From Marsupella aquatica (lineage: Eukaryota; Plantae; Marchantiophyta), in contig OZ316892.1 of the NCBI GenBank assembly GCA_973895155.1, forward strand, positions 510,917 to 574,916: DNA of 64,000 nt, written 5' to 3'. The position numbers and the translations under genes were made by a program. A model generated the notes under the pieces. It was not told where the DNA came from and did not search any database. It worked only from the letters and a program-made list of their open reading frames with translations. Positions 11,026 to 24,030 of the stretch are shown in pieces. Position 1 is the stretch's first letter. The number at the start of each line of letters is the position of its first letter.

Positions 11026-11855
11026 ATGTTATCCTTGGGTTGTGTATAGGATTGACTAGTAGGACACCTTGATAGGCGTTGACTTGTAAGTAAGTTGCCC
11101 ATATACACAAACTCGGATCTCTGTTTCATTTAAAAAGACTACAATTCAGAAATAAAGCCTAGACAGCTTCTGTAGATTGGCTCTATAGATTCCATTAATT
11201 TGTGATTAGACACAAACAACATGACTGTGAAAGCGCTCCCCCTCCCTCTCCTAATGATTCAGAAGTAAAGCCCATCCAACATTATTTTAATTGGCTCTTA
11301 TAGAATGCATGGAGAGTAGATACATACAACATGAATATGACAGCCCCCCTCTCCCTGTGCTTCCTTGGAGATGAGAAAAGAATCAAGCATGAGGTTCAAG
11401 TCAAGTCTTTATCACATAAGCCTCAAAGCAGGAAATTCATGCAAGTGTAAGTGTCACACCGTGGTGTTGGAACAAGGGTTTTTGTTTACAAGTAGGTACT
11501 CACAACGTTGAAATCGCTCTTCAGTCCCATTACCTGAAGGCCTTGTACAACAACAATGGCTGATGCCAATACCAATCAAACTGGAAGATGAGGGATGAAC
11601 TGTGTACATCAAACGTCTTTGTTGAGAATTTCTTCAAGGTTGTTTGGTCACATCATAATCCAAGAAAATGACATGCAAACAAATCAATCATACCTGGTTG
11701 TAAAGTGTTGCCTGAAGCACTCCGTATCCAAAATTTCCATTGAATCAGCTCCCTTCCCGTGAAGAGAAAAGAGAGCTTAATGGTATAGTGGTGAGAGATA
11801 TAATCTTTCCTGTTTGACAAACTTTCAAATCAGTCTAGATAAGTAGTGCAATCTT
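11026..11855 (-). repeat. Inverted diverged duplicate of 46284-47035 (leader region upstream of the PPR gene)
   Basis: Reverse-complement matches, e.g. atgttatccttgggttgtgtatagga vs ~47010-47035, and ccttgtacaa...tgatgccaataccaatca vs ~46576-46614. Confidence 0.85.
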
Positions 11856-14800
11856 CCAGAGCTAAACCCTAAACCCTTCCTACCTCACCCTACCTCCCCT
11901 TCCTGCTCTAGTGGTGGATCCGCTACCCCGGCTTCATCAATGATCGTCCCGGCCTCGGCCTTGCCCTCCCCGCCTTCTAGGACAGTTGGATCCTCTGTCG
12001 TGACCCTGCCTGAGGGTGGTGCCGTGTTCTCCTCCTTGGTCACGGTGGTGGCTTGAGAAGCCATGTTGCTCCCTGACCCAGAGGGTTTCCGCTTCTTCTT
12101 CTTCCCTTGGTCGGCAGCTGGTCCCTTCCCCTTGCCACTTAATTACCTCCGGCACTTGTGCGAGTGCCGCAGCTTGTCCCTCGGCCAGTACTATCCCTGG
12201 CAACTTTGTTGCCACAATTGGAGTCTGAACGGATGAAGCCAAGCACTTGAATACTGCGGCTTGTTTCCTTGGCCGATCCGTTTGGTTGTCGGCCCGCTGC
12301 TGTAAGTTCTCCATCTTCCTCGTGCTTTCCTCCAACTCCTCTTGTGTTTTGTCCAGGTCCTTGCACGCCTCCTCCAACTCCTTCTGGGCTTCCTCCAATT
12401 CTTTCCTTAAGGTAGCCCTCTCCTCCTGGGTTGCTCTCAGCTCCTTGTCAAGCTCCGTTACGACCTCAGACTCCATCTGGTTCATCTTGGCATAAGTCTG
12501 ATCGAGCTGGTCGTCCTTCTCACGCATGTCAACCTTGAAGCTGGCCGTTAGGGATGCAAGCTCCTACTGCAACACAATAATCCCTTGATAGGATTTCCCT
12601 AACTCGGCCTCCTTTTGTTCAAGGGCTCCGCGGAGATCCTCGAGCTCCCCCTTCAACGCCCTCTCCTTCCTCTGGGTCTCCGCCATGGCCCGATTGTTGG
12701 TTGCTATGTGGGCCTCCTCTACGTCCCTCAGTTTTCCTTGACCAAGTTGGCCAACTCCCCTTGGGTCCAAGTCAGTTTATCCTTGATAATCTGATTATCA
12801 GACTGAGCTGTATCCAGTTGCCCCTGCATGATGTTTAGCTCATGCCGCTTAATCCGCAGCTCATCTTGGTCTTTCTTGGCTGCCTTTAGGTCTTCTGCCT
12901 TGGCTTCCTTCTCCCTAAGCCATTGGATGACCTCGTCTTTCTTTCTCCTCTCCAAAGCCACCGCTTCTTCCAATCGGCATTTCTCCAACATCTCCCTCTG
13001 GAAAAAGGGTCCCTGCTCCAACTCCTCCCCAAAGATGTTGAGCGCAAGTTCTCCACACATCTCCCCGTACTCCATGGCTATGTCTTGTGCATAGGTGGAG
13101 TGAGTAGTAGTCATCGGCATCAACCACCACGGCCTTTGTTCCCAAGCCGCCTTTCGGATTTCTTCTATCGTGGCTGGAGGGCTGCTTCGTCTTTCTGCAA
13201 GCCACCGGATGTCCTCTGGCCATTCTCCCCTAGATAAATCCTTCTCCTTGGCCAGGGCTGCCTCCTCTTCTTCCCTGAGGCACTCTTGAAACTCTTGTGC
13301 CGTCTGTGTTATCCCGTCAAATCTCGGGGGAGCGACATCTGGTGGGGGAGACCTGGGGCTGCTCAGCTGGGTGGGGTCCCCTTATACTACTCTTGGAAGC
13401 GTGGGGATGAAATGGCCACAGGTCCTTACTCTTGGGACATGATGATCCAACCCATAGCCTGAGTCATCATTGCCATAGTCCTCCATTACCTCCTCCCCGG
13501 CTTGGACTACCGGCTCCCCCCGCTGCTCTCTTGGTCTTGCTGTGAATACGGCCTCTTGCCGAACATAGCTCATGAGTCCTGGTTCCTCCTCCGGCTTCCA
13601 AGCTGTCCTCTCCTTTTGTTTACCGTGACCAGGAGCTTTGGGCTGCTCTCCCTTGGATTCTGGACTTGTGGCTCCCACATACATTCAAACCCCCGGCTCG
13701 TGTTCCGGCCTCCTTCTTTCCTTGGCTCCGATAAAGGGGTTTTCCCTTGTGAGTCGGCTTAGGCCTACTTCTTGAGCAGCGTCCTATATCGGTGCCATTG
13801 CCGTTGCTGTCTTCTTTTCCTTCTCCAGCAGTTTCAGAAGATTTTGCATGCCTGGTTGATGCATCGGCAAGTCCTCCATCCTCGTCCTAAACACTTGCTC
13901 GATCGTAGGACTGCCGGGTTGGTTGGGTTCCTCTGCTGCCGGCCTCTGGTCCGAAACCTCTTCTAGTGCCCTTGACTGCAGGGGAAGTACTAGGGCAAAG
14001 ATCTGACTTTGGGCATACCGGCACAATAGCGGCATGTGATAGCCAAGCCGGGACACGCTTCCTTTGCCGATCACCTGTTGTTCCTCCTTCAAGATCTTCT
14101 TTAGTTGGGTGAAGAGGTACCCGTTGTAGTCCCGGCTTGGGTCTAGCCTCTCCACTAGGTAGACCTGTGCCTTGCCAATCTTTGGCCTCGGGAAGTTGCA
14201 ATGCATGGTTACCCGTAGGAAATCGATTATCTCCCCAATGTGCGAGTTGGTGTAGGTGTTCCCGAAGAAGCCATTTTTTGTTGATGGCCCTCGGAACGAT
14301 TGGAACTCCTTGTCTGACAAGGTCTTCCTGGTATCTACTTTGGTCTTATTGCCCATCGACAAGCCAAACACTTCGGCAATCACCTTGGGAGTGAGATAGA
14401 ACTCCTTCTCATACACCCTTGTGGAATTTGTCTTGAGCTCCCATGATCCCACGAATTCTAATAAGTCAGAATCTGGCACCTCTGGCTTCAGCCACGGTAA
14501 TTTCACGAAGGCTTCCAGGCCGGCCGGATCCGGCCATGAAGCCCTGGTACTTCCGAGTTTGCATAGCCGTAAAGCATGCATCCTCCTCTCATGCAAAGTG
14601 TAATTGCACTTCCTCAGGGATGGTCGCCGCCCAGCCCCTCCATGTGTCATCCCTTGTTGGAACAACATTGATGGGGTCAACCTCCTTTTCTTTGGCTTCT
14701 CCCTGCCTCCTGCTTCCTAACTTGGCTGGCTTCCTTGGTGCCGCCGACCTTGTTCTCTTCGCAGGGGTGGCCTCTTTGTTGTTGTCCACTTTCCTCTTCA

Positions 14801-15765
14801 TAGCGGCTGCCGTGGATGTTTCTCTGAGCACGGTTGCCTTCGTCCACCCCTCCATGCTACCCTTCAGCTCCCAGTTGTCATGCCGTCAGCCTAGGCCTTA
14901 ACCCGGGCTTCGGCTTAGACAGGCATATCCTTTGTTAATATGAGGGTTTGGGCAGGGAGGGAGGCACGGAATGGACCTAACTCACATAAACTAGCGCTAA
15001 GTGCACCTATTGTCATATACGGACACCTCTTAGGTATGGCTTGTGTTCCGCCGCCGGAACATACCTCAATCGATAGCAGGATCGACCCCGGCTTACAGGT
15101 TTCTAAGCCTTCGTGTTGTCCACCTTCGATCCAGATTCGATGGTATGGGTACTCAACCCGGGCTCGCAACCACTTACCCGCAAGCTACACCCCGTGCACA
15201 ACTTGGGTAGTGCGTTTGGCCAAGCGTTGGCACATATACATGAGATTCACACATATACATACGCACAAGCATACAATCTCAATTTACACGAAGGAAATAA
15301 TGGGAAAGGATTTTACTACATAGGAGACATATGCGTACACTTAGTTGACCCGAAAGCTCTGGAATGAATAGGTCCGAGGCCGAGGGTGTACACTACAACG
15401 GAGCCTGGCTCCGCACTCGCCCAGCAAGCTTAGTCCTACACCCTCCCCTTGGTACTCTTTCACTCCCATAGGTCGGGACTCCCCGCATACCGCGGATGTC
15501 CAACACTGAGACTAAAAATCCTCCTGCCTCTACCAAGGGGTGCACTAAATACTAAGGGCCGAGGAACGGAGTGCCCTTGCGCCCGAAGATTTGCTAACTA
15601 AGGTCCTAACTAAGCTGGCTGTCAGGCCGGAAAATGACTTGTCTTATTAGAAGATCCTAATCTACGCAGGTTATACAGCATGGCAGTGCTGCTTTAACTA
15701 GGGCAGGTGCTTGTCCCTATAGCCTAATTTAACTACTCCTACTCTATTTTAATCATACTCCGCCG

Positions 15766-18325
15766 CTAATGCTTGGCACGCTTGCCAGAGCCGCCTGAGT
15801 GGGAGCGGCTATCCCGCTGCCTTCTAAGCTTGTCGGCGTCCTGCTTGAGTAGTTGGACTTGGTCCAGCAGAGATTCATTCTCCCGCTTCGCAGTGTCTGC
15901 CTCTTCCACGGCCTCCTGGCATGCCTCCTCCAGTTGCTGGGTGTCGCTCGTCAGCTTATCCTCCAACTTGACCTGTTTTGTGACTTCTCCTTGAAGCCGC
16001 GCCACCTCTGCCTTCAGGGTGTCAATCTCGGCTGTGTCCCGCTGAGACCTCGAGTCAGCTTCCTCCAGATCCTTTTGCCAACTGACGGTTTGCCCCTACA
16101 AACCATCAATCTTGGTCCGGAGCCGTGCGATCTTGGCGTCCTTTCCAAGCCCGGCCTGTACTGCTAACGCTGCTTGGGCCCTAGCCTCGGCAACCTGGTC
16201 CTCCGTGGCCGTTACCTAAGGCCGTAGTTGCTGGAGTTCAGCCTCCAGGGTTGCCACTTTGTCCTTCAGGTAGACAGACTCAACCCGATATCGCTCTATT
16301 CTCTGTGCTGTCTCTGCCTGCGCATGTCCTGCCCTTACTGCCGCAACCAACTCTTGGTTGAAGAAGTAGGCCACCCTCCGGGCCATGTATTCCTCGGTGT
16401 CCCGAGAGATTTGTTGCGAGAAATCTCCCTACAACCCGTTCAGAAATGTGCCCGGCGCAAAGAGTTTCGGATGGTCTAGACTGTGTCCCTCTGGATTCGA
16501 GCATGGGCAGACTCCAACCCGTGCGGGAGTAGGAGTGGACACATCCAGCCCTTGAGGTAAGTCGGTCGAAGGGGCTGGTTCCATTGGAGGTGGACGGTTC
16601 TCCTGCACCACAGCGGGGGGTGGCGGAATCCCCTCGGCTACCATGGCATCTGCTTTGGATGCGGCTTCATCCGGCTTGGCTTCGATTGCATTGTCCCGAT
16701 TGATCACGTCTAAGGTCGCGATAACTTCAATGGGTATGTCTGGCGGGGTGGCAGCGGCTGGTTGTGGGGCCGGGGTAGCAGGACTTGCAGCCGCCAGACT
16801 TTGGGCCTTGGGCTGCGGTCGCCTCACCTGGGTTGGGAACACCCATTTTGGCGGGGTCAGCTCGGGCTGCGGTCGAAACGAGCATACCACTCGATGATGA
16901 TTTCAATGTGGCTAGCGAAGTACGCCCTTCCAGCAAGGTACAAAGTCTTCCTTCTCATCTCCATCTCCTCGTGGAACTTCTTGACGAAGAAGGACGCCCA
17001 CTTCTTGGGCCGATAGTTCTCCACCTGGATGACCTAAGCGGCCGATATTTCTCCTCTGGGTTCCATCATGTGGAGGACATACCGCTGGAACTCCAGGCGT
17101 TCTGCTACCTTTGGGATGAGGCACGTCCTCATTAAGAACCCATTGTCCACTACCCCCTCGACCGGGAAGCTAGATGACTGGTATCTAGCTCCCTTGCCCC
17201 CAAGAGCCCGCGATTCTACCCGGTTTATCCCCTCGGCCGGGTAAACCAAAAATCATCTTCAAACGTGCCTCATTGAGACACATCACTCTTCCGTGCGCTC
17301 GGGTTTGTTGACGGCCTCGTCAAAGTTCTGAATGAACTCCATCATATCTTGCCCATAGTACCTGCTTCCGTTCCAAGGGAGAGAGGCGAGGTGCTCAAAC
17401 CCTTGGGTCTTCAGATAGCATGCATGCTTGGGGTGGAGGATGTTCTTGTGAACGTTGTCCCCCATGCGATGCATGGTCAGCTTGGCTACCACAACCGTGG
17501 CCAAAGGCAACCCGGATACGGCTGCGGGCTCCTTCCTCTTCCTACCCCGAGATTGATTTCCGGGGTGACTGGAAGAGGGGGACATCTCTCCATCCTCTCG
17601 GTCAGGTGGTGGTAGCGCGACTGCCGTGAGTTTTGGTGCCAAGGCCACTAGAGTTACCATGTTATCACCTCGGGCTTGCTGGAGTGGTGCTGGGTTGTCT
17701 GGCGCTTGTTGAGTCATACCCCGCGGCTGTCGATTCAGAGGAGGGTGAGCCTCCTTGTCTTCAGAGCTAATATTTACCGCATTCACCACGGATCGTACTC
17801 GGAGAGGCAGTGGGACCGGTGGCGGGGACCGGCTCGGTTGAGGCCGAGGAGGTGTAGGCACGGGTATGGGCACGGGTTGGCCGACACTGGTCGTTGATGG
17901 TAGAGTTGCCATGAAGTTCTGCAGGTGCCGGTGGAGATTCTCCGAAGCAAGTGAAGACGGCCCTGTCAACCGGGCAGTGTTGAACTCGCTGTTGATGATA
18001 GCCCGGACCCGAGCGGGGATGTGGTCAAAGTAGTGCCGCTGCAAGTTGATCGTGCCCGGGATATTGATGACCTCGTCCAGAAGCCGATGTATTTGCCCCC
18101 GTCAAAGAAGTACCCTGATACTTCTTTGGGTCGGTAAAGCTCGCTCTGGGATGGGTAATCAAAGTTAAGGAGATAGTGGTGTCGTCCTGCTAGGCGGATG
18201 GCTCTCTCGTATTCGCGTTTGATCTCGTATCGGCGCGGGTTGGCATGTTTCAATGAGTCCGCCAAGTGCCCTCCGATAGACAGGAACTGAGTCCAGAATC
18301 GTATGGCCAAACTGGAAAGGATCAT
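15766..18325 (-). pseudogene. Degraded LTR-encoded ORF of family B (homologous architecture to the family A LTR ORF)
   Basis: Successive minus-strand fragments 17966-18325, 17283-18044, 17034-17249, 16429-16890, 16280-16504 and 15766-16005. GFEHLASLPW...DMMEFIQNFD aligns with GLEAFVRLPW...DLLEFVGSWE. C-terminal coiled coil; basic RGRKRK and GKRAKH motifs. Confidence 0.75.
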
Positions 18326-18432
18326 GTGCGATATTCAGAGGAGAGAGCAGGTGACTAAGGAAAAGCGAGAGAGTCAGGGTCGAAGCTGGCGAGTGGACTG
18401 AAGAACTGATGCACTGCAAAGGATCGGCCCCC

Positions 18433-18439
18433 TTTTATA
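18433..18439 (-). promoter_or_regulatory. TATA box upstream of the family B LTR ORF
   Basis: GGGTATAAAAGGG on the minus strand, followed by a CT-rich leader and an ATG at 18325. Confidence 0.6.
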
Positions 18440-20261
18440 CCCTGAGAGCTCGCCAACCGCCCGACGCCTCCTCGTCGCTTATAGGCCGAGCCTTTCACGC
18501 TCGCAGTGTACTGGCCCCTTTGCCGGTCCGGGTCAGCTTGTGCTTGGGGGTCTCACTACATGGGGACCTCCCCATCACCTGCGACGTTTTTAGGCCTTGG
18601 ACCCCCTAAAATGTAAGAAAAAAATATTATTTTTTAACCCCTATAAAGTTGGAATATTTTTGGATTATTCCAAAATTTGGATTAAAAAGGCCCTAATGTT
18701 CTTATAAGTCTCAAAATTGAATTTAAAAGACCCTAGTGTTCTTCTACAAAAATTCTTAAGTCTTCCCCTACAACCAATAAAATGACCATATCCTTCGTCG
18801 CACGTGATATGCCATTTTTGTGGAAGTGAAACCCCCCAGAGCTTGTGTGAGTGGCCGCCTCCCGGAGTTCGTTATACAGACCCGAGGGAGGGGGAAAGAG
18901 GGCCCATTACACCCTCGCAACCCGGGCGTGCAAATGGCGACCCGCCGCCAGCCCAAACATGAATTCCCCTTATTGACTAATGATTTCCTACTCATAATGG
19001 CTACCTAAATACTATCATTATGCTAATAATAATGGCCTAAGATACCCCTAACGCACGTGCTAAGCGTGGTTAGACCGAATCACTCATTACCCGCCGTACC
19101 GGCGGCGTCACACCAGTGTATGTCGTTGCAGCGGTTGATGGCTTCTTGGATGCCGACAATTTTGTTCTCACAAAACAGAAAGTCATCGAGCTCGTCGCCA
19201 GTAGGTGTCCACAAGAATTCAGCCTTGATGAGTTCTCCTCCTAAGAAGACAGACTTTTGCAGCTCCCATAGTCGAGCGAGCTCCTGCCATTCTTGAGCTG
19301 CTCTTTTCGATTCTTCATCCTCGTAGGTCCCAATGTACTCAATTGCCTATTCAAACAGGGATCCCCAAAAATGTGCTGCTTGATTGACGTTGCTCATACC
19401 CTCCTTGAGTTGATAGTCGGTATCTGCTCCCGCCCAGAGTGCTTGCCTAAGCAGCTGACAGTAGTTGGCTTCACTTTTGTACCCAATCAGTACTTTGTGT
19501 CACGAATATGAGACACAATCATGATAAAATTTGAAGTCATAAGTCATTGGTAAGTAATACTTCTTAGCATCTGTGCTCAAGCAAGGTCATGCCAACAATT
19601 ATGCATCAAGAACTAAGGAATATGTGAAATTTCACCAACAAGGAATCTATTTTCACATATACCAAAGATTTAACATTCACAATGATTTTTACTTCAAAGG
19701 TCCAAACTTCTCATTCATTTAGACTTGAAGGGGGAATAATTCATTTGTATTAAGTACTCATATGCAATGGAGTTCTCTTTACAAGGTGGAGGTAACAAAG
19801 TTGTAACTGAGCGCTCATGAAATTTCTTCACACTAAAAGTGACAGACTACATATAGGGTAGCAGGAACCAAAGGAAAAAAAGATAATGAAAGGACATGCC
19901 CTTTCATATCTTAAGGGTCATAAACTAAAGTAAAACGTATTAAAATAGGTTATAAGAGTGGTTCACTAGAATGCTCCTGGAATAAAAAAAACTAATCAAA
20001 AATGATCTCTAGTGTAAACTGGAGTAAAAGTGTCTTTGCGCTTTTGCGTTAAAACTAACAAATAGCAACTTTGTCTGAATTTTAATTTCTAACATAAAGG
20101 TCAGAATGGGGTGAAACTTTTCTAGGTGGAAGAATTACATATATGCTACAGTTGGCAAAATTTCAGACTTTTCTGAGGTGTCTAAGTGCTTAAATAAAAT
20201 CGGTGAAAAGTGCTGTTGGATATAAAATACACTTTTTCCGAAAAAATTTCTAAGTGTCGGA

Positions 20262-20338
20262 AGCGCCGTTGCGCCTTTGCACTTTGGCATAGTAGCGCCG
20301 TTGCGCCTTTGCGCTTTGGCATAGTAGCGCTGTTGCGC
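20262..20338. repeat. Tandem repeat, 32-bp unit x ~2.4, within an unclassified TE remnant
   Basis: agcgccgttgcgcctttgcrctttggcatagt repeated. Confidence 0.7.
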
Positions 20339-20819
20339 AGTCAAGCTTTTTACAAAACTAAAATGCTAATAACTTCTAAGCTACATGTCGATTTAAGTCG
20401 AAACTTTCAGGGTAGGGTCTACTACATAAGGGCTACCTCCTGAAAAAGTATGAGACTTTTTTAACCACTTTAACTATTTAATTAAAATTGCAGAGATTCA
20501 TTGATTTTAACTATTGTCGTAGGAGAACTAATCTTGTTGGAGTAGTGTTGTCTGATCTGGTTGCTGAACTCTTGTGTAGGTATTCTCTTGCATAGCTTCT
20601 CAAATTACATCCATGTCTTGAGCGTGATGCCGATAGAAAAGTAAAGACTTCCGCTATCGTTCAAGATCCAAAACAGGAAGTAGTCTCCGGTGTAGCATCA
20701 TGACATTAGATAAAGTGTCCAATTGATCTAAATTGTTACAAAAGATAACTATATTGCACCTTTGAGTTAGAAAAAGTTCAAAATTTATATTTTTCCTATC
20801 ATTTTTAACTAATGTACTG

Positions 20820-21710
20820 TATTACAATGGGCAATAAAACAAGCTCATAAACGGAGATATCTTTTAAAAGTGACATGCGTTTAAAAAAAGGCAAGTGCGT
20901 ATAATTGTAGGCAGCAGGAGATGTCATCCCTGAATTGAGTAGTACTTGAACCAGGATGGGGAGACAAAAAGTGTCTTGGGCTAATAAATAGATCATGCCC
21001 GCTTGCTGGGCACTAAGAATTGAGAAGCATTGTTGCCCAGAAATTTAGGGCTGAAACATAGAAGAAAATTGAGTACATCTAGGGCCTTACTAAGAATTCT
21101 TAGCCCAAAGGACATTGCAAGAGGCCATGTCAAAGTGGTAAGCAAACCTAACAGGGGTCACTAGATTTGTCAGCATGGTGCTACACATAGTTCGGTACCA
21201 GCTTGGCGACAAGCAACTAAAGCAACATTAGATAACGAGCTACGACGAGTAATTCTTAGCAGATTGTGAATTCTGTAGAGATTGTTAGCTTGCTCCAGCC
21301 CGGGATTCAAAATAGCCACGGGATCTCCTTGGATTCATGTAGAGATCTTGGTGACAAGGAGGAGGAACTCTAAGTAGCCGGCACTGATAAACCCTGATCT
21401 GTCACTCGAATGGTCTCGCACAAACCTTGATCTATTGATTGAGATTCAGCTGGACTAGGCCCAGTTAGCTGAGTCGAGTGAGCTATGCCAAATCCAAACT
21501 GAGATTCGACTGGGTTCCGTCTTTCGATAGTTCCTCATAACAATCTTGCCAATGATCATATTCAGGTGAGGTAAAAGAAGAGATCTGACGGCAAGATGTT
21601 GGCCTGAAAATTCTCAGTAGCCACAACTATCTGCATCATTCTAAGAACACTGAACTTAAAATCAAACTAAGATTCAGTGGTCGTTTGAGACAATACATCC
21701 GCAGCTCACC
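20820..21710 (-). repeat. Inverted diverged duplicate of 44885-45782 (promoter/leader-like region)
   Basis: Reverse-complement matches, e.g. agggccttactaagaattct, acgacgagtaattcttagca, ttcaggtgaggtaaaagaagagatct and ttctcagtagccacaactat. Confidence 0.88.
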
Positions 21711-23492
21711 CGACAGCTCACTACTCTTTGGCTATGTGAACAGGGTGACTTAGGCATTGCCACCCCCGAAGATCACTTTCCTGTTTTCGCCCTGGATTTT
21801 ACTCTGGTGTATTTGAGTACCGCTGCCAAACGCTAACTCACCCTGTGTAAATCATAAACCTGCTTTTCACCTTGTGAACTCACCCTGTAAGTGTGCTTTT
21901 ACAAAAAACTCTAATGTATTAGACGAAGCAAAAATATTTTACGTTATAGAAGCGACGTTATAAGAGATATTTCCGCTTTACTGAAACACAAACTGATACA
22001 AGTGCCACAGTCATAAGTGGTCTTCCAAGGCTGAAAGCTATGTCTACACCAAGTCTAGAACTCTACATCCTAGCTCATTGCTGAGTGCTCTGGAGACTCT
22101 GGAGGGGAAATAGTTTTACGCCACTCGTCTCATTCTGTTTGGCCAAAGCATACTTCTCTTCACAAGCCTTCCTGAACAACATATTCTTTCTGGCACCCTT
22201 TTCCTGTATACGGACGGAGCAACTCATCTTGGTACGGCCCCTTCCTCTACTGTCCCTAAAACAATCACAATCCTCTTTCGCAATAATGGATGTTTGTCTG
22301 AATGGCTGAGCTGGGTACAACTTGAATGGCAATTAAGACATCAACTAGTGCATTTGCTTTCTTGCATGCAAATATTCAGTCCCATGTTACAATGTGATTG
22401 TGCTGAAAATGATATGCTAAGAGAAAATCCATCTAATCAAAATAACAGTCCAGCTGTCCCAATCAGTCTCAACAATGTGAGTGGTCTATGCAAACAAATG
22501 TTTCTCCCATAGCCCACCACCAAGGGCCAGTCCATGGACACACTGGTTAAAGATCGTATATCTACCTTCCCATCACTACTCAGAAAATGGCACAAACTCC
22601 CTCAAACATGTTAGCCATTGTGTAAATAGAGCAGACCTGCTTTGAAAAACAAGTAGAATGTGTACATATAGTTTTTTTTCTTCACGATTTATGGACTGGG
22701 AGTTGTGTCAAATACAATGTCAAAAGCATAGTTAGTCAAAATGTCTGGTGAGACTTTAATAACAATATACACTATGACATAACCCAGTCTTGTAACGTCC
22801 AGGGGACCTTAAATTGGGACACCTATAAAGACATTTGTTTGCCTCGTTCTAGATGACGTTTATTACTTTTATTTCCTCACACATAAGACATAAAATTACC
22901 TCATAAAATACAACGTTAAATGTACGTTGTGCCGGGATACGTAAATCTATCGGATGACGTGTTAGGCACCCTAACACTACATGGTGACGTCCTGGAAGAC
23001 GTTAACTTGGAAAATGAGGTTTGCATATGTAGTTGTGATAGCAATCATAAGGACGAGCATATTAAGGACGGTGAGATATGAATACACCTTTGGCTTGACC
23101 AATACTTGACCCATGTGGGAAAATATCATGTGGACTGAGTTTTGAACTTTTTAAGTCTAACATTGTCCTGAACCCCTCGCCGGAACTCAGTTTGTTCTCA
23201 TGATCGAATATGAATGATATTTCTGAACATTTCTTGATGCTGGATGTGAGCTGGTAAGGTCACTCTTCTAATATCTATGTGAACTTGTCAAAAGATAACC
23301 AAAGTGATATTTGAATTTTTAAGGGTGAACGTTGCGAGTTTATGGTCTAACTGGGATTACTTGAGCCAATCTGACCTAAGATTTAGTTTTGGGGTTCACA
23401 GATCACCATGATGATCGTGACCATGATCTTACTCATGATCCAGATTGTCTCCTCGTCAATATCTCTTGTGGGGGAAATGTGGATGTACACAA

Positions 23493-23834
23493 TGTTGAGC
23501 ATAGATGACATTCGCAACGACAAGCCCATGAACCATCCAACGCACAATAGTTGACACAGAGAGATACGTGATTCACCTCCACATGAGGCTACGTCCATGG
23601 GAACACACAAGAGCTTTACTACACTCTAGGCCGACCAGCCATACCAAGCATCCACAGCACAAGCTCTCCCTATCTCTCAACTAGCTTCATAACAATGAGC
23701 CTAAGTTCCACCAGGGTCTAGCATCAGCCCTGGCTATATGCACACTAGCACTACCGCTAACATTAGCTAAGTCCTAACCAGAGTTAGACTAACTGTGGTT
23801 AGCTCATGAGTCACAAGACGAGCAATATCTAACA
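23493..23834 (-). repeat. Copia 3' LTR
   Basis: Direct repeat of 29918-30261; PPT adjacent. Confidence 0.93.
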
Positions 23835-24030
23835 AACTCCCCCTTGACTCTTGTCTTGGGGACTAGAGTAAATGCTACCATATGGAATCCTCAGCGGGAA
23901 GTTCTAGACAATCACCAAATCGAGTCTCCCCCTAAAAACCACAAGGGTTAACTAGAACTAAGCCGTAGCCTAACAGGAATGAGTAATCCATATACAAATA
24001 GTCACACATTGCTAAATAACTCTACTTGCA

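Larger units (their letters stand above)
14876..19112 (-). mobile_element. Giant solo LTR (4237 bp), family B
   Basis: TG...CA ends with inverted termini TGTCATGCCG / CGGCGTCACA. Perfect 5-bp TSD CCAGT at 14871-14875 and 19113-19117. The host ORF is collinear across the insertion, and there is no gag/pol inside. Confidence 0.88.
11870..19470 (-). mobile_element. Older, truncated family-A-related LTR carrying a degraded copy of the LTR ORF, split by solo LTR B
   Basis: Minus-strand ORF fragments (11937-12527, 12728-13123, 13382-13684, 13784-14680, 14589-14855, 19118-19470) are collinear with and similar to the 4956-8585 protein. Confidence 0.85.

Noticed and set aside
22768-23030. CACTA transposon end
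   Set aside because: CACTA and GACGT-rich subterminal-like repeats are present, but no matching opposite end or TSD was found.
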